The notes under the pieces are model-generated. The model was not told the DNA's origin. It ran no database searches and saw only the letters and a list, made by a program, of their open reading frames with translations. Positions 26,802 through 36,101 of a stretch of DNA of 64,000 bases are shown here, piece by piece (the first letter of the stretch is position 1; every line of letters begins with the position of its first letter). The position numbers and the translations under genes are program-made. The stretch is taken from positions 8,806-72,805 of IMG/VR virus record IMGVR_UViG_3300005842_000001. One strand, given 5' to 3'. Origin of the DNA: a virus.

Positions 26802-27464
26802 ATGACTTCCCAGCTACAACGTCCAATCATTTCTACCAAACTCCTGTTGCAAGTTGCCGCCGTTGGTGGCACATTACCTCAGACATTCAAATCGTCTCTA
26901 TACCCTTCGCTCTTTGCCATGGCGAAGGGTGCAGTAGCGAACATCACTGATAACAGTTCTAATTTCTGGGCAGTTCGATTGTGGGAACGTGAGAAAGTAT
27001 CCTCATTGCGCTGGCTGGCGATTGAAGGTGTTACCCCTGGCGCTGGCACTATCGGCATTGCTATTGCTTTGGTGCCTCGAATCACACCGATTCACGGCAT
27101 TGCCGCTGCTGATGCTGCTGACAATAAGGCAGTTATCGGGTCTGGCAGGTCATTGGCTCGAATTGCACGAGCCACATTAACTGTCGATTCAGCGTTGATT
27201 ATTCCTTCCGATTCGTATGAACCATTTACAGGTGCAACTCTCTTGGGTTCGCCGCCGAGAGCTTTACGGCCATTCTCAGGCATCACATGGGCAAGACGTG
27301 ATTCTTCTATCCAGTTTGCCGATGATGGTTTTGCCACTGGAAACATCGGGCAAATCAATCTCGATCTGAGCTATACCGAGTTCGTTTGTGTGTCAGTCGA
27401 AGCCATCTCTTCGGGTACTCCGATTGGTGGCGTTGCTTGCGGCATCGACATTGAATCTCAGTAG
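26802..27464 (+). CDS. hypothetical protein
   Basis: AGGAG upstream; 220 aa. Confidence 0.65.
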   Translation: MTSQLQRPIISTKLLLQVAAVGGTLPQTFKSSLYPSLFAMAKGAVANITDNSSNFWAVRLWEREKVSSLRWLAIEGVTPGAGTIGIAIALVPRITPIHGIAAADAADNKAVIGSGRSLARIARATLTVDSALIIPSDSYEPFTGATLLGSPPRALRPFSGITWARRDSSIQFADDGFATGNIGQINLDLSYTEFVCVSVEAISSGTPIGGVACGIDIESQ

Positions 27465-27475
27465 CAGGTGAGAAC

Positions 27476-29023
27476 ATGCCAGCGGTTTTGGACAACGAAA
27501 AAATAAAAAATCAGGAAATTGTCAAGCCCTCAAAGATGTACCGGGTTGAGCGTGTTCGTCTATTTGAATCAGGCAACCACAAGGGCATCGTCTACGAAAA
27601 AAAAGACATTGATGATGCTGTTAATAATTTCAACGCATTCAGCACACCAGAAGTACACAAGCTGGAAGTTCCAATTGTTCTCGGACACGAGGAAGCGCAA
27701 GTCCTACTTGATATGACTGGCCACCCTGCGGCGGGCTGGATCGAATCAGTTTGGGCCGAATTAGAGGGCATTGAAGAGCCTTTCATCGACGACAATGGCA
27801 ATGTGAAATGGCGTCAACGTGAAGCCTATTTTCTGTACGGGAACTTTTACAAAGTCCCTGAAGATGTAGCACAGTGGATCGTGGATGGAGCATATAGATA
27901 TTTATCTTGCGAGTTCAGCAAACGAGAGAAGCCACCCGCTGGCGTCCCGGCGATTGGCCCGATGCTGCTGCGCGTTGCGATTCTTGGTGCTACACAGCCT
28001 CACGTCAAAAGTTTAGGACCACTGCCCTCCCCGATTCCTGATTACTCTGTAAACTTGTTTTCAGACAGTGATTCAGCAGCCTGTGACATTGTAACTTTGC
28101 TACTCCCCATCAAGGGAGCAACTTGCTTCAGTGAGGATAAAGCCATGAACGATGCGATGATGAACGCTCTTGCTGCTCAAGGTATCCCTCCTGAAGCCTG
28201 TAAAGTTTTGGCTTCTATCGATCCCACCAAGTATGCTTCAGTCGGCAAGGCTTTCTCTGAAGCTGGCAATCCTCAACCGCCTCAACCCGGTGGTCAGGCT
28301 GGCTCTTTTGATCGTGCTGCTACGATTGAAAAGCTCAGCGCATTGCCCAACGCTGATCGTGACGCCATCGGCAAGATGAGTGATGATGAACTCAAGTCGA
28401 TGTACAGCAAGTCCAAGTTTGCTGATGGCGGTGGCAACAATGCTCCTGGCAACAATGACGTTGCCAATCCTGGCACCGGTGGCAATGGCACTCAGAAGCC
28501 ATCTTTTGCCGCTGATGACAAGAAGGACGATCAGAAGTTTTCAGTGATCAACCAAAAGACCAAGGAACTCGAAAGCGAAATGATCGAGTTCCGGAAGTGG
28601 CGTCAAAGCACTGAGGGCAAGTTGAACGCTGAAGCGAAACAACGTGCTGATGCCGAATACGCTGCAACGTGCAAAGAGATTGATAAGTTTTGCACCGATC
28701 AAGTTGCTGCTTTCCGCATTACTGCTCGTGAGGCTCCGCTTCACGCTAATGCAATGAAGGAGATGGCAAAACTGCCAACCTTCAAGACGGATGTGGTCAA
28801 GTTCAGCGACGACAAGGGCAAAGAAGTTACTGGTAATCCTGTTGAGGCGTACAAGGCGACAATTCTTGCCCGTAGTGTGATGAAGTTTTCTCAAGATCGA
28901 ATTGTCTCACCTGCCCCAGGTGGCAAGGAACTCACCCGCGCTCAACGCATGATCGCCGGTTCACGAATCGGCAAAGATATTGCCGAGATGAACCGTAAGA
29001 AGGCAGCGACTGCTACCAAGTAA
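27476..29023 (+). CDS. Mu-like prohead protease/scaffold
   Basis: PIVLGH, PAAGWI, GAYRYLSCEF, LLRVAILGATQPHVK; helical C-terminal scaffold region. Confidence 0.85.
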   Translation: MPAVLDNEKIKNQEIVKPSKMYRVERVRLFESGNHKGIVYEKKDIDDAVNNFNAFSTPEVHKLEVPIVLGHEEAQVLLDMTGHPAAGWIESVWAELEGIEEPFIDDNGNVKWRQREAYFLYGNFYKVPEDVAQWIVDGAYRYLSCEFSKREKPPAGVPAIGPMLLRVAILGATQPHVKSLGPLPSPIPDYSVNLFSDSDSAACDIVTLLLPIKGATCFSEDKAMNDAMMNALAAQGIPPEACKVLASIDPTKYASVGKAFSEAGNPQPPQPGGQAGSFDRAATIEKLSALPNADRDAIGKMSDDELKSMYSKSKFADGGGNNAPGNNDVANPGTGGNGTQKPSFAADDKKDDQKFSVINQKTKELESEMIEFRKWRQSTEGKLNAEAKQRADAEYAATCKEIDKFCTDQVAAFRITAREAPLHANAMKEMAKLPTFKTDVVKFSDDKGKEVTGNPVEAYKATILARSVMKFSQDRIVSPAPGGKELTRAQRMIAGSRIGKDIAEMNRKKAATATK

Positions 29024-29103
29024 AAAAACGAATCGGTTCTCAGATGCCCAACGGTGGGCATCTTCTCTGGTAAAACAAGGCATCTTGATTCGGAGAAACG
29101 CAA

Positions 29104-29829
29104 ATGGCAACTTCAGCACTCAAAACATTCAGCCCCCGAATCACCCCAGCTTGGCCCGCTGGCAAGGTGCCTGTCGCCACACAGCCTGTTAAACTTGCTG
29201 CCAGCACTTCATACACTGCGGGTGCGATTCTTGGCGAATTGCTCGGCACGAATGAAGTGCAAATCCTGACTCCTGGCGGCACGATTTCAGGTGGAACCTG
29301 GACGATCACCTATAGCGGTCAAACGACTTCCGCTTTGGCTTACAACGCAACAGCAGCCACCATCCAGACAGCCCTTGAAGCACTGTCGAATGTTGGTGCT
29401 GGCAACATTGCTGTTACCGGTGGGCCTATCTCTTCTGGTGTTGTCACTCTGACATTCCAGAACGATCTGGGTTATCAGAACGTGGCAGCAGTGACCGTGG
29501 GTACTGGCTCACTCACTGGATCATCGCCAACTCTCACGCCTTCGACGACTACCCAAGGCGCTACGGGTACAGATGGCGGCTACGATACTTACAGTGCTTC
29601 ATCTGTGACTGGCCTTCAAACTCCGAAGGCGATCTTGGCTGACACTGTGACCACTGACTCTAACGGCAAGGTCATCAATGATGACGGAACCACGTCAACG
29701 CATGCAACAGCATACTTGACTGGCTCTTTCAGGTCTGATGACGTGCCGACGATCACCGATGCGATCTTGACTGCCAAGGGTGGCCGATGGCTTGTCGGCA
29801 ACTCTGCTGGCGGCATCTTCCAGTGGTAA
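29104..29829 (+). CDS. head decoration protein with inserted NEVQ-type domain
   Basis: YTAGAILG...PKAILAD...AYLTGSF; lies just before the major capsid gene. Confidence 0.7.
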   Translation: MATSALKTFSPRITPAWPAGKVPVATQPVKLAASTSYTAGAILGELLGTNEVQILTPGGTISGGTWTITYSGQTTSALAYNATAATIQTALEALSNVGAGNIAVTGGPISSGVVTLTFQNDLGYQNVAAVTVGTGSLTGSSPTLTPSTTTQGATGTDGGYDTYSASSVTGLQTPKAILADTVTTDSNGKVINDDGTTSTHATAYLTGSFRSDDVPTITDAILTAKGGRWLVGNSAGGIFQW

Positions 29830-29907
29830 GAGAAATCAACGCTGTACCTGTGCTGTAACGAAAAGTTGCAGCACTCAACTTTGGAACTGAATTGAGGAGA
29901 ACGGCAC

Positions 29908-30960
29908 ATGGCATACGACATTCCCGATCTGGTAGCGTTGCAGGAAGTCGAGCAAGAAATCCTGCCCGTTCTCACGATGAATGATCCTTTGTTTGATCTG
30001 TTCCCTATCGACAGCGAAAATGCTTCGATGATCGAATGGGAACAGAAGGACAACTTTGCTGGCCTGATGGCTGTCCGTGGCATCAATGGCAACCCTGGCC
30101 GAGTCCAGAAAGTGGGTTCAAAGACCTACTCAATGGAACCCGGCTACTACGGTGGCTTCACTCCGCTTGACGAGAAGGAACTCACCAAGCGAAGATCGCT
30201 CGGCACGTTTGATGAGCCGATCAACATTGATGATCTGATCACAGAAGCTCTTGAGCATCTGATGACTCAGCAGATCAACCGACAGCGGAAGATCATCGCT
30301 GATCTGATCACCACTGGCACGTTCAGCGTCACGAACGAATTGACTGGCTCAATCGATCACACTGACAGCTTCACGCTGCCAGCTTCGACCGCTTCGATTC
30401 CTTGGACGACTGTTGCAACTGCAACTCCTTTGCTCAACATTCGTGCTGCCATTGCTACCCGCATTGGTTACAGCTACGATTTTGGCAAAGAAGCCATCAT
30501 GTTGATGAATCAGAACACCTACAACAATTTCATCAACAACGCCAACAGCGCTGATCTTGCTGGCAAGCGGGCTTCGTATGGTCAGACTTATCAGAGTGTC
30601 GGTAATCTCAACGACTTGCTGGCGGCTGACAACCTGCCTCAGATTCTGGTCTATAACGAATCTTACTTGGCTACCCCAAGCTCAACGCCTACGCTGTTGA
30701 TTCCTGATGGTAAGGTTGTGATCTGCGGCAAGCGAAAGACTGGGCGCTCTCTCGGTAACTTCACAGTGACGAGGAACGCCAATCACCCTGACATGGCGGC
30801 TGCACCTTACTTGTGGATCGTTGACCCGTTCCAAGCTGCCTCTGGCAACATCCTTCCTTCGTCTGGGTCGATTCCTCGAACCATCGAAGTTCACCGGGGC
30901 TTCAATGGTGGCGTCAAGTTGCCCTTCCCTGGTGGCATCTATGTCTTGACCGCCTACTAA
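29908..30960 (+). CDS. major capsid protein (lambda gpE-like)
   Basis: 350 aa; DLFP, IEWE, W.TVATATPL..I, LIPDGKV; gene position. Confidence 0.85.
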   Translation: MAYDIPDLVALQEVEQEILPVLTMNDPLFDLFPIDSENASMIEWEQKDNFAGLMAVRGINGNPGRVQKVGSKTYSMEPGYYGGFTPLDEKELTKRRSLGTFDEPINIDDLITEALEHLMTQQINRQRKIIADLITTGTFSVTNELTGSIDHTDSFTLPASTASIPWTTVATATPLLNIRAAIATRIGYSYDFGKEAIMLMNQNTYNNFINNANSADLAGKRASYGQTYQSVGNLNDLLAADNLPQILVYNESYLATPSSTPTLLIPDGKVVICGKRKTGRSLGNFTVTRNANHPDMAAAPYLWIVDPFQAASGNILPSSGSIPRTIEVHRGFNGGVKLPFPGGIYVLTAY

Positions 30961-31038
30961 TCTGATCACTCTCTAATACACTGTACAGCGGATTGGTGAT
31001 CATCATCAATCCGCTTTCTCTTTTCAAGGAACTGTGTC

Positions 31039-31614
31039 ATGGCTTCAGCAACAGCGCCCGTAGCATCCCAAAAGAAGTTGGTAGCCATTCAGGATATCAA
31101 TGGGGCCAGAATGATTTTCAAGGATGCTTTATTCTCAATGAATGAGCTTCCGGAAGGATCGAGCGAAGATCACTTGATTGCCAGCGGTGCTGCTCGTGTC
31201 GCCAGCTTAGCAGAGCTTCACGCTGGCCGGGCGAATGTCGCCAATTCTGACATGATCACTGAGCTTGATGGACTGAGAGCGCAGGTAAACGCTCAGAAAG
31301 CGATTATAGCGACTCAGAGCGCCGACCTCGCAAAGATGCGAAGCCTCGGTAATAATGTCTCTCCTGAGCTTCAGGCAGCGAATAAGGCCGATGCCGAGAG
31401 ACTTCAGAAGATGATCACAGAACTGCAAAACAAGCTCAACACGAGCGAACAACAGAGATTTACGCTCCAAGCTCAATTCAATGATCAAGAGACTCGACTC
31501 AAGAAGATCAGAGATGAGCATGCGAAAATGCAGGAAGAGAATGGACACCTACAGCAAGCGCTTGACGAGGCGACGAGTGACAAGCCAGCAGAGACAAAGA
31601 CTGGCGGGAAGTAG
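31039..31614 (+). CDS. coiled-coil protein
   Basis: Q/E/K-rich heptad region. Confidence 0.65.
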   Translation: MASATAPVASQKKLVAIQDINGARMIFKDALFSMNELPEGSSEDHLIASGAARVASLAELHAGRANVANSDMITELDGLRAQVNAQKAIIATQSADLAKMRSLGNNVSPELQAANKADAERLQKMITELQNKLNTSEQQRFTLQAQFNDQETRLKKIRDEHAKMQEENGHLQQALDEATSDKPAETKTGGK

Positions 31615-31643
31615 GGCGATCAAGTAAACTATCGAAGAACAGC

Positions 31644-31675
31644 AGCCCGGCTGGATCAGCCGGGCTTTCTTTTTT
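31644..31675 (+). terminator. intrinsic terminator
   Basis: AGCCCGGCTG-gat-CAGCCGGGCT followed by a T run. Confidence 0.8.
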
Positions 31676-31687
31676 ATGGTGATGATC

Positions 31688-32167
31688 ATGGCGACTTATG
31701 TTGATGACGTTGTTCTAAAAACGCTATGCGCCAACCTGTACAGTAAAGCAACTTCAGCCGATCTTGCTCCTCATCAAGTCGCCCAGGTTCTTGAGGCGAA
31801 CTTGCAAGCATACTCTCAGATCAATCAGTTCCTGAATGATCGTGGCTTCACTGATGCCCAAATATCGACTTGGCGTGATGTTGCTCAGTGCAACAAAGAA
31901 CTCGGTGCCTATTGCTTCATCTTGCTTGCGAACATCGGCAAGCGATTAGCGCGCAGTCAGCTTGATCACTTGGGGCGATGGGTAAAGGTTCCAGAGAACT
32001 CGCCGGTCAAGCAACCAATGCTGGTAACAATCAGTCTCTATGACAGCGGTGGCAATAGGATCGAGCCAGAGAATAAAAAGGACGCCAAGTATTACGGTGA
32101 GATTTCATTCGACCCGCCTTCATCAAGTAGCTGTGGATATGTGATGAGTCCCGACAAGGAATGGTAA
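31688..32167 (+). CDS. putative head-tail adaptor (Mu gp36-like)
   Basis: MATYV...A.SQINQFL..RG; gene position. Confidence 0.55.
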   Translation: MATYVDDVVLKTLCANLYSKATSADLAPHQVAQVLEANLQAYSQINQFLNDRGFTDAQISTWRDVAQCNKELGAYCFILLANIGKRLARSQLDHLGRWVKVPENSPVKQPMLVTISLYDSGGNRIEPENKKDAKYYGEISFDPPSSSSCGYVMSPDKEW

Positions 32168-32168
32168 C

Positions 32169-32873
32169 ATGCAAATTGGCGGCACTATCGATCTGAACAA
32201 TCTGGTGCCATACTTGAAGAAAGAGCTTGGCGCTGTCTTCACTCTCGACACGACAGCGATCTGGAAGAAAGTGGCAGTCGCCTTAGAGACGGGGGCGAAG
32301 AACTCTTTTAACTCATCGACGAGTCCAGACGGGGCGCCCTGGACGCCATTGAAGCATAGGCGAATCAGGGGCGGTGATAAGCCTCTATTAGATCGTGGGC
32401 TGTTGCGGGCCAGTCTCACGAGCAATGCACCTTTCCACATTGTGCGCGCTATCGGCAACACGCTCGAATGGGGTACTAACCTCATCAGCGCTGCTGTACA
32501 TAACTTCGGTGCTGTGCTTCGTCCGAAAACTGGTAAGTGGTTGTGCATTCCAGCCAGTATTGATGCTTTGCAAGTAGGGAGCCCGACGAGGTTCCCAGAC
32601 GCCAAGAATCGTCTCAGATGGGCGATGGGTAAAACCAGCGGCATTGTCTATGAAGACTTAAACAAAACGCCGAAGCGCGTCAAAGGATTCAAACGCAAGA
32701 AGCACAAAGCAGATAAGATGATCGGGAAGAACATTATCATCCACTACTATTTGACAAAGCAAGTAACTATTCCTGCTCGTCGTTTCATCGGCATCAGCGC
32801 CCAGACGAATGAAGAAATAAGGCATATCATTCAAGAGGAAGTATTCAAAGCACTCAAGGTGAAGCTCTTGTAG
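32169..32873 (+). CDS. virion morphogenesis protein (Mu gpG/P2 S-like)
   Basis: SPDGAPWTPLK, LLDRGLLRASL, GTN...AAVHNFG, IPARRFIGIS. Confidence 0.85.
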   Translation: MQIGGTIDLNNLVPYLKKELGAVFTLDTTAIWKKVAVALETGAKNSFNSSTSPDGAPWTPLKHRRIRGGDKPLLDRGLLRASLTSNAPFHIVRAIGNTLEWGTNLISAAVHNFGAVLRPKTGKWLCIPASIDALQVGSPTRFPDAKNRLRWAMGKTSGIVYEDLNKTPKRVKGFKRKKHKADKMIGKNIIIHYYLTKQVTIPARRFIGISAQTNEEIRHIIQEEVFKALKVKLL

Positions 32874-32894
32874 AGTTTTCTGGGAGTATGATCG

Positions 32895-33659
32895 ATGCCA
32901 GCAACGCCTACCTTGACTGTGACGAATAACAGCGACGGAACTGCCACGTTTGAAATAGCTGACAGTTCTGGCGGTAGCAGCAATGCAATCTATTGGTCAA
33001 GAATCGAGCTTCCTGAAGCGGGCTGGACGCTGGTAACAACGATTACTGGCGATGGCTTGGCAACTGTTGCAGTGCAAGCAGGTCTCAAGTGGTTCTACTG
33101 TGCATCGACACTGACAGGCAGCGTGGCGGCTTGCCCGCCTGTTCCTGCTGTGATCACAACAAATGTTCTGGCGGTGTACGAACGCTTGTTGCAAGCAGTC
33201 GGCACGACGATTCAAGGCGCTGTGGTTGCCGGTAGCATCGACCTCATCGATTCTGCTGATCGAGTGCAACGCATGGATTATATTGCTGACCCAACGAGGT
33301 TTGACACTGCTGATCTGAAGTGTGATCTTCCTTGCATCATCTATGGCCCTGGACTCATGGAAAACTTTGTGGTCGGTACGAGCTTGAGCGCTAGCGATGA
33401 CTTCGATTATCCGATTCTGGTTTCAATCATTGATCGCAAAGAAGCGCGATACATGGCTAACAATCCGGTCTACCTGCAAGGGCGTGAAGTGGTTCGACAG
33501 TTGTTCAATCAGCGCAGAGTGTCAGGCGTTTTTGAGAGCAAGACGAGCCAAGTTCAGTTTGAAATTGCACTTGATCACTCGAAAGAGGAAGAGAACTGGC
33601 ATCAGTTCGCATCGGCTCTTCGCCTCATTTGCTCTACCAGAGAGTTGCGTTGGTCATAA
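32895..33659 (+). CDS. putative tail terminator/completion protein
   Basis: Position before the tail tube gene. Confidence 0.5.
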   Translation: MPATPTLTVTNNSDGTATFEIADSSGGSSNAIYWSRIELPEAGWTLVTTITGDGLATVAVQAGLKWFYCASTLTGSVAACPPVPAVITTNVLAVYERLLQAVGTTIQGAVVAGSIDLIDSADRVQRMDYIADPTRFDTADLKCDLPCIIYGPGLMENFVVGTSLSASDDFDYPILVSIIDRKEARYMANNPVYLQGREVVRQLFNQRRVSGVFESKTSQVQFEIALDHSKEEENWHQFASALRLICSTRELRWS

Positions 33660-33701
33660 ACTAGATTTCAAGTCACGATCTGCCAAGCTGGGGGATGATC
33701 C

Positions 33702-34577
33702 ATGTCAGCTAACATTACCACATATCGTAAAGTAGCATTCGGCACAGCCAACCCCCCGGTGAATGCGCTCGAATGGTTTGGCGATCTGAACTTTGGTAAG
33801 CGTGGCACTGTGATTGTGCTAGAAGGCGTTCGTGGCACAAGAAGCCGAATTGTCGAGCGTACCCGTGATGGTCTCTATACTGTCGGCGGTGTGCTTCAGC
33901 TTCAGCCTTGCTATCTCGATCTTGATACGATTCTTCCGCTGATCGCTGGCGGCACGAAAAGCACGAACAACATTCCATTCACTGAGTTGCTACCCACGTT
34001 CTATGTCGGCATCGACAAGGGCGCTGCTCATTATCTTTACAGCGGCTGCAAAACTTCTGTAGCTGTGTTCTCTGGCTCGACTGGCAATCCACTATCGCTG
34101 CAATGGGGTATCGAAGGGCTGACCGAGACGCCCGGCACGATCAGCGGTTTAACTGCATTGACGCCAAGCGTTGTTACGCCGTATATGTTCCATGACGCTG
34201 TGCTGACCATCGCCAGCACTTCTTATGAGTTCAGGGAATGCCAAGTCTCTATCGATCATCACTTGATCCTTGATCGATTCATGAACAGCCAGAGCAGGAC
34301 TGAGCTACCTGAAACTGATCGCACAGTGACAGTTGCTTTGTCGCTGCCTTACAATTCGACGACTCTTGCTCTGTATGACACCGGCGTGTCTAGCGCTGCT
34401 GTGGTGCTCACCTGGACGAATGGATCGCTATTCTTCAAGATCACTCTCCCTGCTGTTCAATTCCCTGCTCAACCGCCTCAGATGCCAGCACGAGGCGAAG
34501 CAATGCTTCCTCTCGTTGGCGTGGCCCGCAAGACTGGCTCAACTCTGGAAATCACCTTCGATAACAAGAGCAGCTAA
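33702..34577 (+). CDS. tail tube protein
   Basis: GVRGTRSR, VGGVLQLQP, FKITLPAVQF; position; no sheath gene seen. Confidence 0.7.
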   Translation: MSANITTYRKVAFGTANPPVNALEWFGDLNFGKRGTVIVLEGVRGTRSRIVERTRDGLYTVGGVLQLQPCYLDLDTILPLIAGGTKSTNNIPFTELLPTFYVGIDKGAAHYLYSGCKTSVAVFSGSTGNPLSLQWGIEGLTETPGTISGLTALTPSVVTPYMFHDAVLTIASTSYEFRECQVSIDHHLILDRFMNSQSRTELPETDRTVTVALSLPYNSTTLALYDTGVSSAAVVLTWTNGSLFFKITLPAVQFPAQPPQMPARGEAMLPLVGVARKTGSTLEITFDNKSS

Positions 34578-34714
34578 TGACATACCTGATGTACATCATG
34601 GCAATCGCAATGCTCTTGCTTTTCACCATCAAGCCTAGACCCAAGTTAAGTTTCATTGAATTGGCAATGCTGACAGTGGGATATGCCTTGCTTTCTTTCA
34701 TGGTATGGCAATGA
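34577..34714 (+). CDS. 45-aa membrane peptide
   Basis: MTYLMYIMAIAMLLLFTIK...; coupled to genes on both sides (TAATG, ATGA). Confidence 0.45.
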   Translation: MTYLMYIMAIAMLLLFTIKPRPKLSFIELAMLTVGYALLSFMVWQ

Positions 34715-35091
34715 AACCTCCCTTGTTGATGCGGGCAAAAGCGGGAATGTCGAGATTCATTCCCGCCCAGAGTCCCGCTGAAAGGCATCGTCAACGTCTC
34801 TCTTGGGCGCTCAAGTGTCAAGAAGAGATGCAATCATTCTGTAATCGATACGGCATCACCTTCACGCTCATTGATCATGAGCGTTTTGTATTTGTCAAGC
34901 GATCACGCCGCATCGACTGGTGGCCTCAAATAGCTCACCTGATGCTTGACGAAAAGTGGACGGATGTTGTTCAGGTGCATGATTGGGATCAGTGCAAATA
35001 TATACTCAATCAGTACCTCGTGAAAAAAGTGAAGGGGAATAATCGTAAGTGGTTCATCACAAAGAGAGCCAATATAAAGTCAGACAGCTAG
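34711..35091 (+). CDS. hypothetical protein
   Basis: ORF with ATGA overlap. Confidence 0.55.
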   Translation: MKPPLLMRAKAGMSRFIPAQSPAERHRQRLSWALKCQEEMQSFCNRYGITFTLIDHERFVFVKRSRRIDWWPQIAHLMLDEKWTDVVQVHDWDQCKYILNQYLVKKVKGNNRKWFITKRANIKSDS

Positions 35092-35129
35092 GCGATCACC
35101 ACACTTTCCATAAGCAAAGGACAACGATC

Positions 35130-35363
35130 ATGGACAACACTCTTGCCACTGCTGAACACGTTGAAATCAATGCAGCAACGCTGATGAGACGTGGAACAGA
35201 ATTAGGCATCTCATCGTCTTCGATGGAGTTGTGCCACAAGACGGAAGGAATCGACGCCCTTTCCAAGATGATCGAACAAAAGGCGTCACAGAAAAAGGAT
35301 GAAGAACATGAGCGCAGAACAGACAGCACAGCAGAGCCAATCACAGAAGACAGCACCTCTTGA
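35130..35363 (+). CDS. hypothetical protein
   Basis: AAGGA upstream. Confidence 0.45.
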   Translation: MDNTLATAEHVEINAATLMRRGTELGISSSSMELCHKTEGIDALSKMIEQKASQKKDEEHERRTDSTAEPITEDSTS

Positions 35364-35697
35364 TGAGATGCCTGAGTTCATTGATGATGGGTGGAATGCA
35401 GATGCTACTATTGATCCAGTTCCCAACCTTCATCGTGGAATGAAGTTCAAGTATCGCCCTCTCGGCTTTTTCAAACGTCGTCAAGAGTCTCGTGACTACG
35501 AAAAAATCACCGATGAAGACGCCAGAGACATGAAACGCGCTGAGCAGATGAAGACTCGACTCATTAGCTGGTCTTACAATGCTCCGATCACGATTGAAAA
35601 CATTCTCAACTTGCCGCCTGTCGTGTTCGTGAGATTGGAAGCGATCATGAACGGTATGCAGCCCGGCGATAGCGTGGTGATCGAAAGAAAAAACTGA
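35308..35697 (+). CDS. tail assembly chaperone (G-like)
   Basis: Lies before the tape measure gene; ends at slippery A AAA AAC. Confidence 0.7.
   Translation: MSAEQTAQQSQSQKTAPLDEMPEFIDDGWNADATIDPVPNLHRGMKFKYRPLGFFKRRQESRDYEKITDEDARDMKRAEQMKTRLISWSYNAPITIENILNLPPVVFVRLEAIMNGMQPGDSVVIERKN
35688..35694 (+). promoter_or_regulatory. -1 programmed frameshift heptamer A AAA AAC
   Basis: A -1 shift joins the chaperone to the open frame running to 36101 (KLRRALYVSLVH...). Confidence 0.75.
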
Positions 35698-36101
35698 GAA
35701 GAGCCTTGTATGTATCTCTCGTACACTCGTACCTGCCGACATGCGAGGAATGCAAGGCTTATATCTACAACATCAAAACAGGGGAGCCTTTAGTTCGTGG
35801 TGGTCAAAAGTGCAAGCGATCATTCGGAGTAAAGACCCCCTGCCATGAATGCCCGAAGTTAAGCAGGTCAGATCAGTTGACAGATCCACGCCCAGAGAGG
35901 GCAGTAGAGCCAACTGATCGAGTGAAGCAGAGCTATTACTACTATCGCCATTGCGAAGTTGACAAGCATAACATGATGCCTGTCGATAGTCTTGTCCTCG
36001 AAACGAACGCAATCTGTAGAATGGCGGAGGAAGATGCTCGTGCTGCCCAGGCACCGCCGATCATCTTGGCGGCTTCAATGTCTAACTCAGGCGGCGAATA
36101 A
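35694..36101 (+). CDS. tail chaperone frameshift extension (T-like)
   Basis: -1 frame with no good start of its own; two CxxC motifs. Confidence 0.65.
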   Translation: MRRALYVSLVHSYLPTCEECKAYIYNIKTGEPLVRGGQKCKRSFGVKTPCHECPKLSRSDQLTDPRPERAVEPTDRVKQSYYYYRHCEVDKHNMMPVDSLVLETNAICRMAEEDARAAQAPPIILAASMSNSGGE

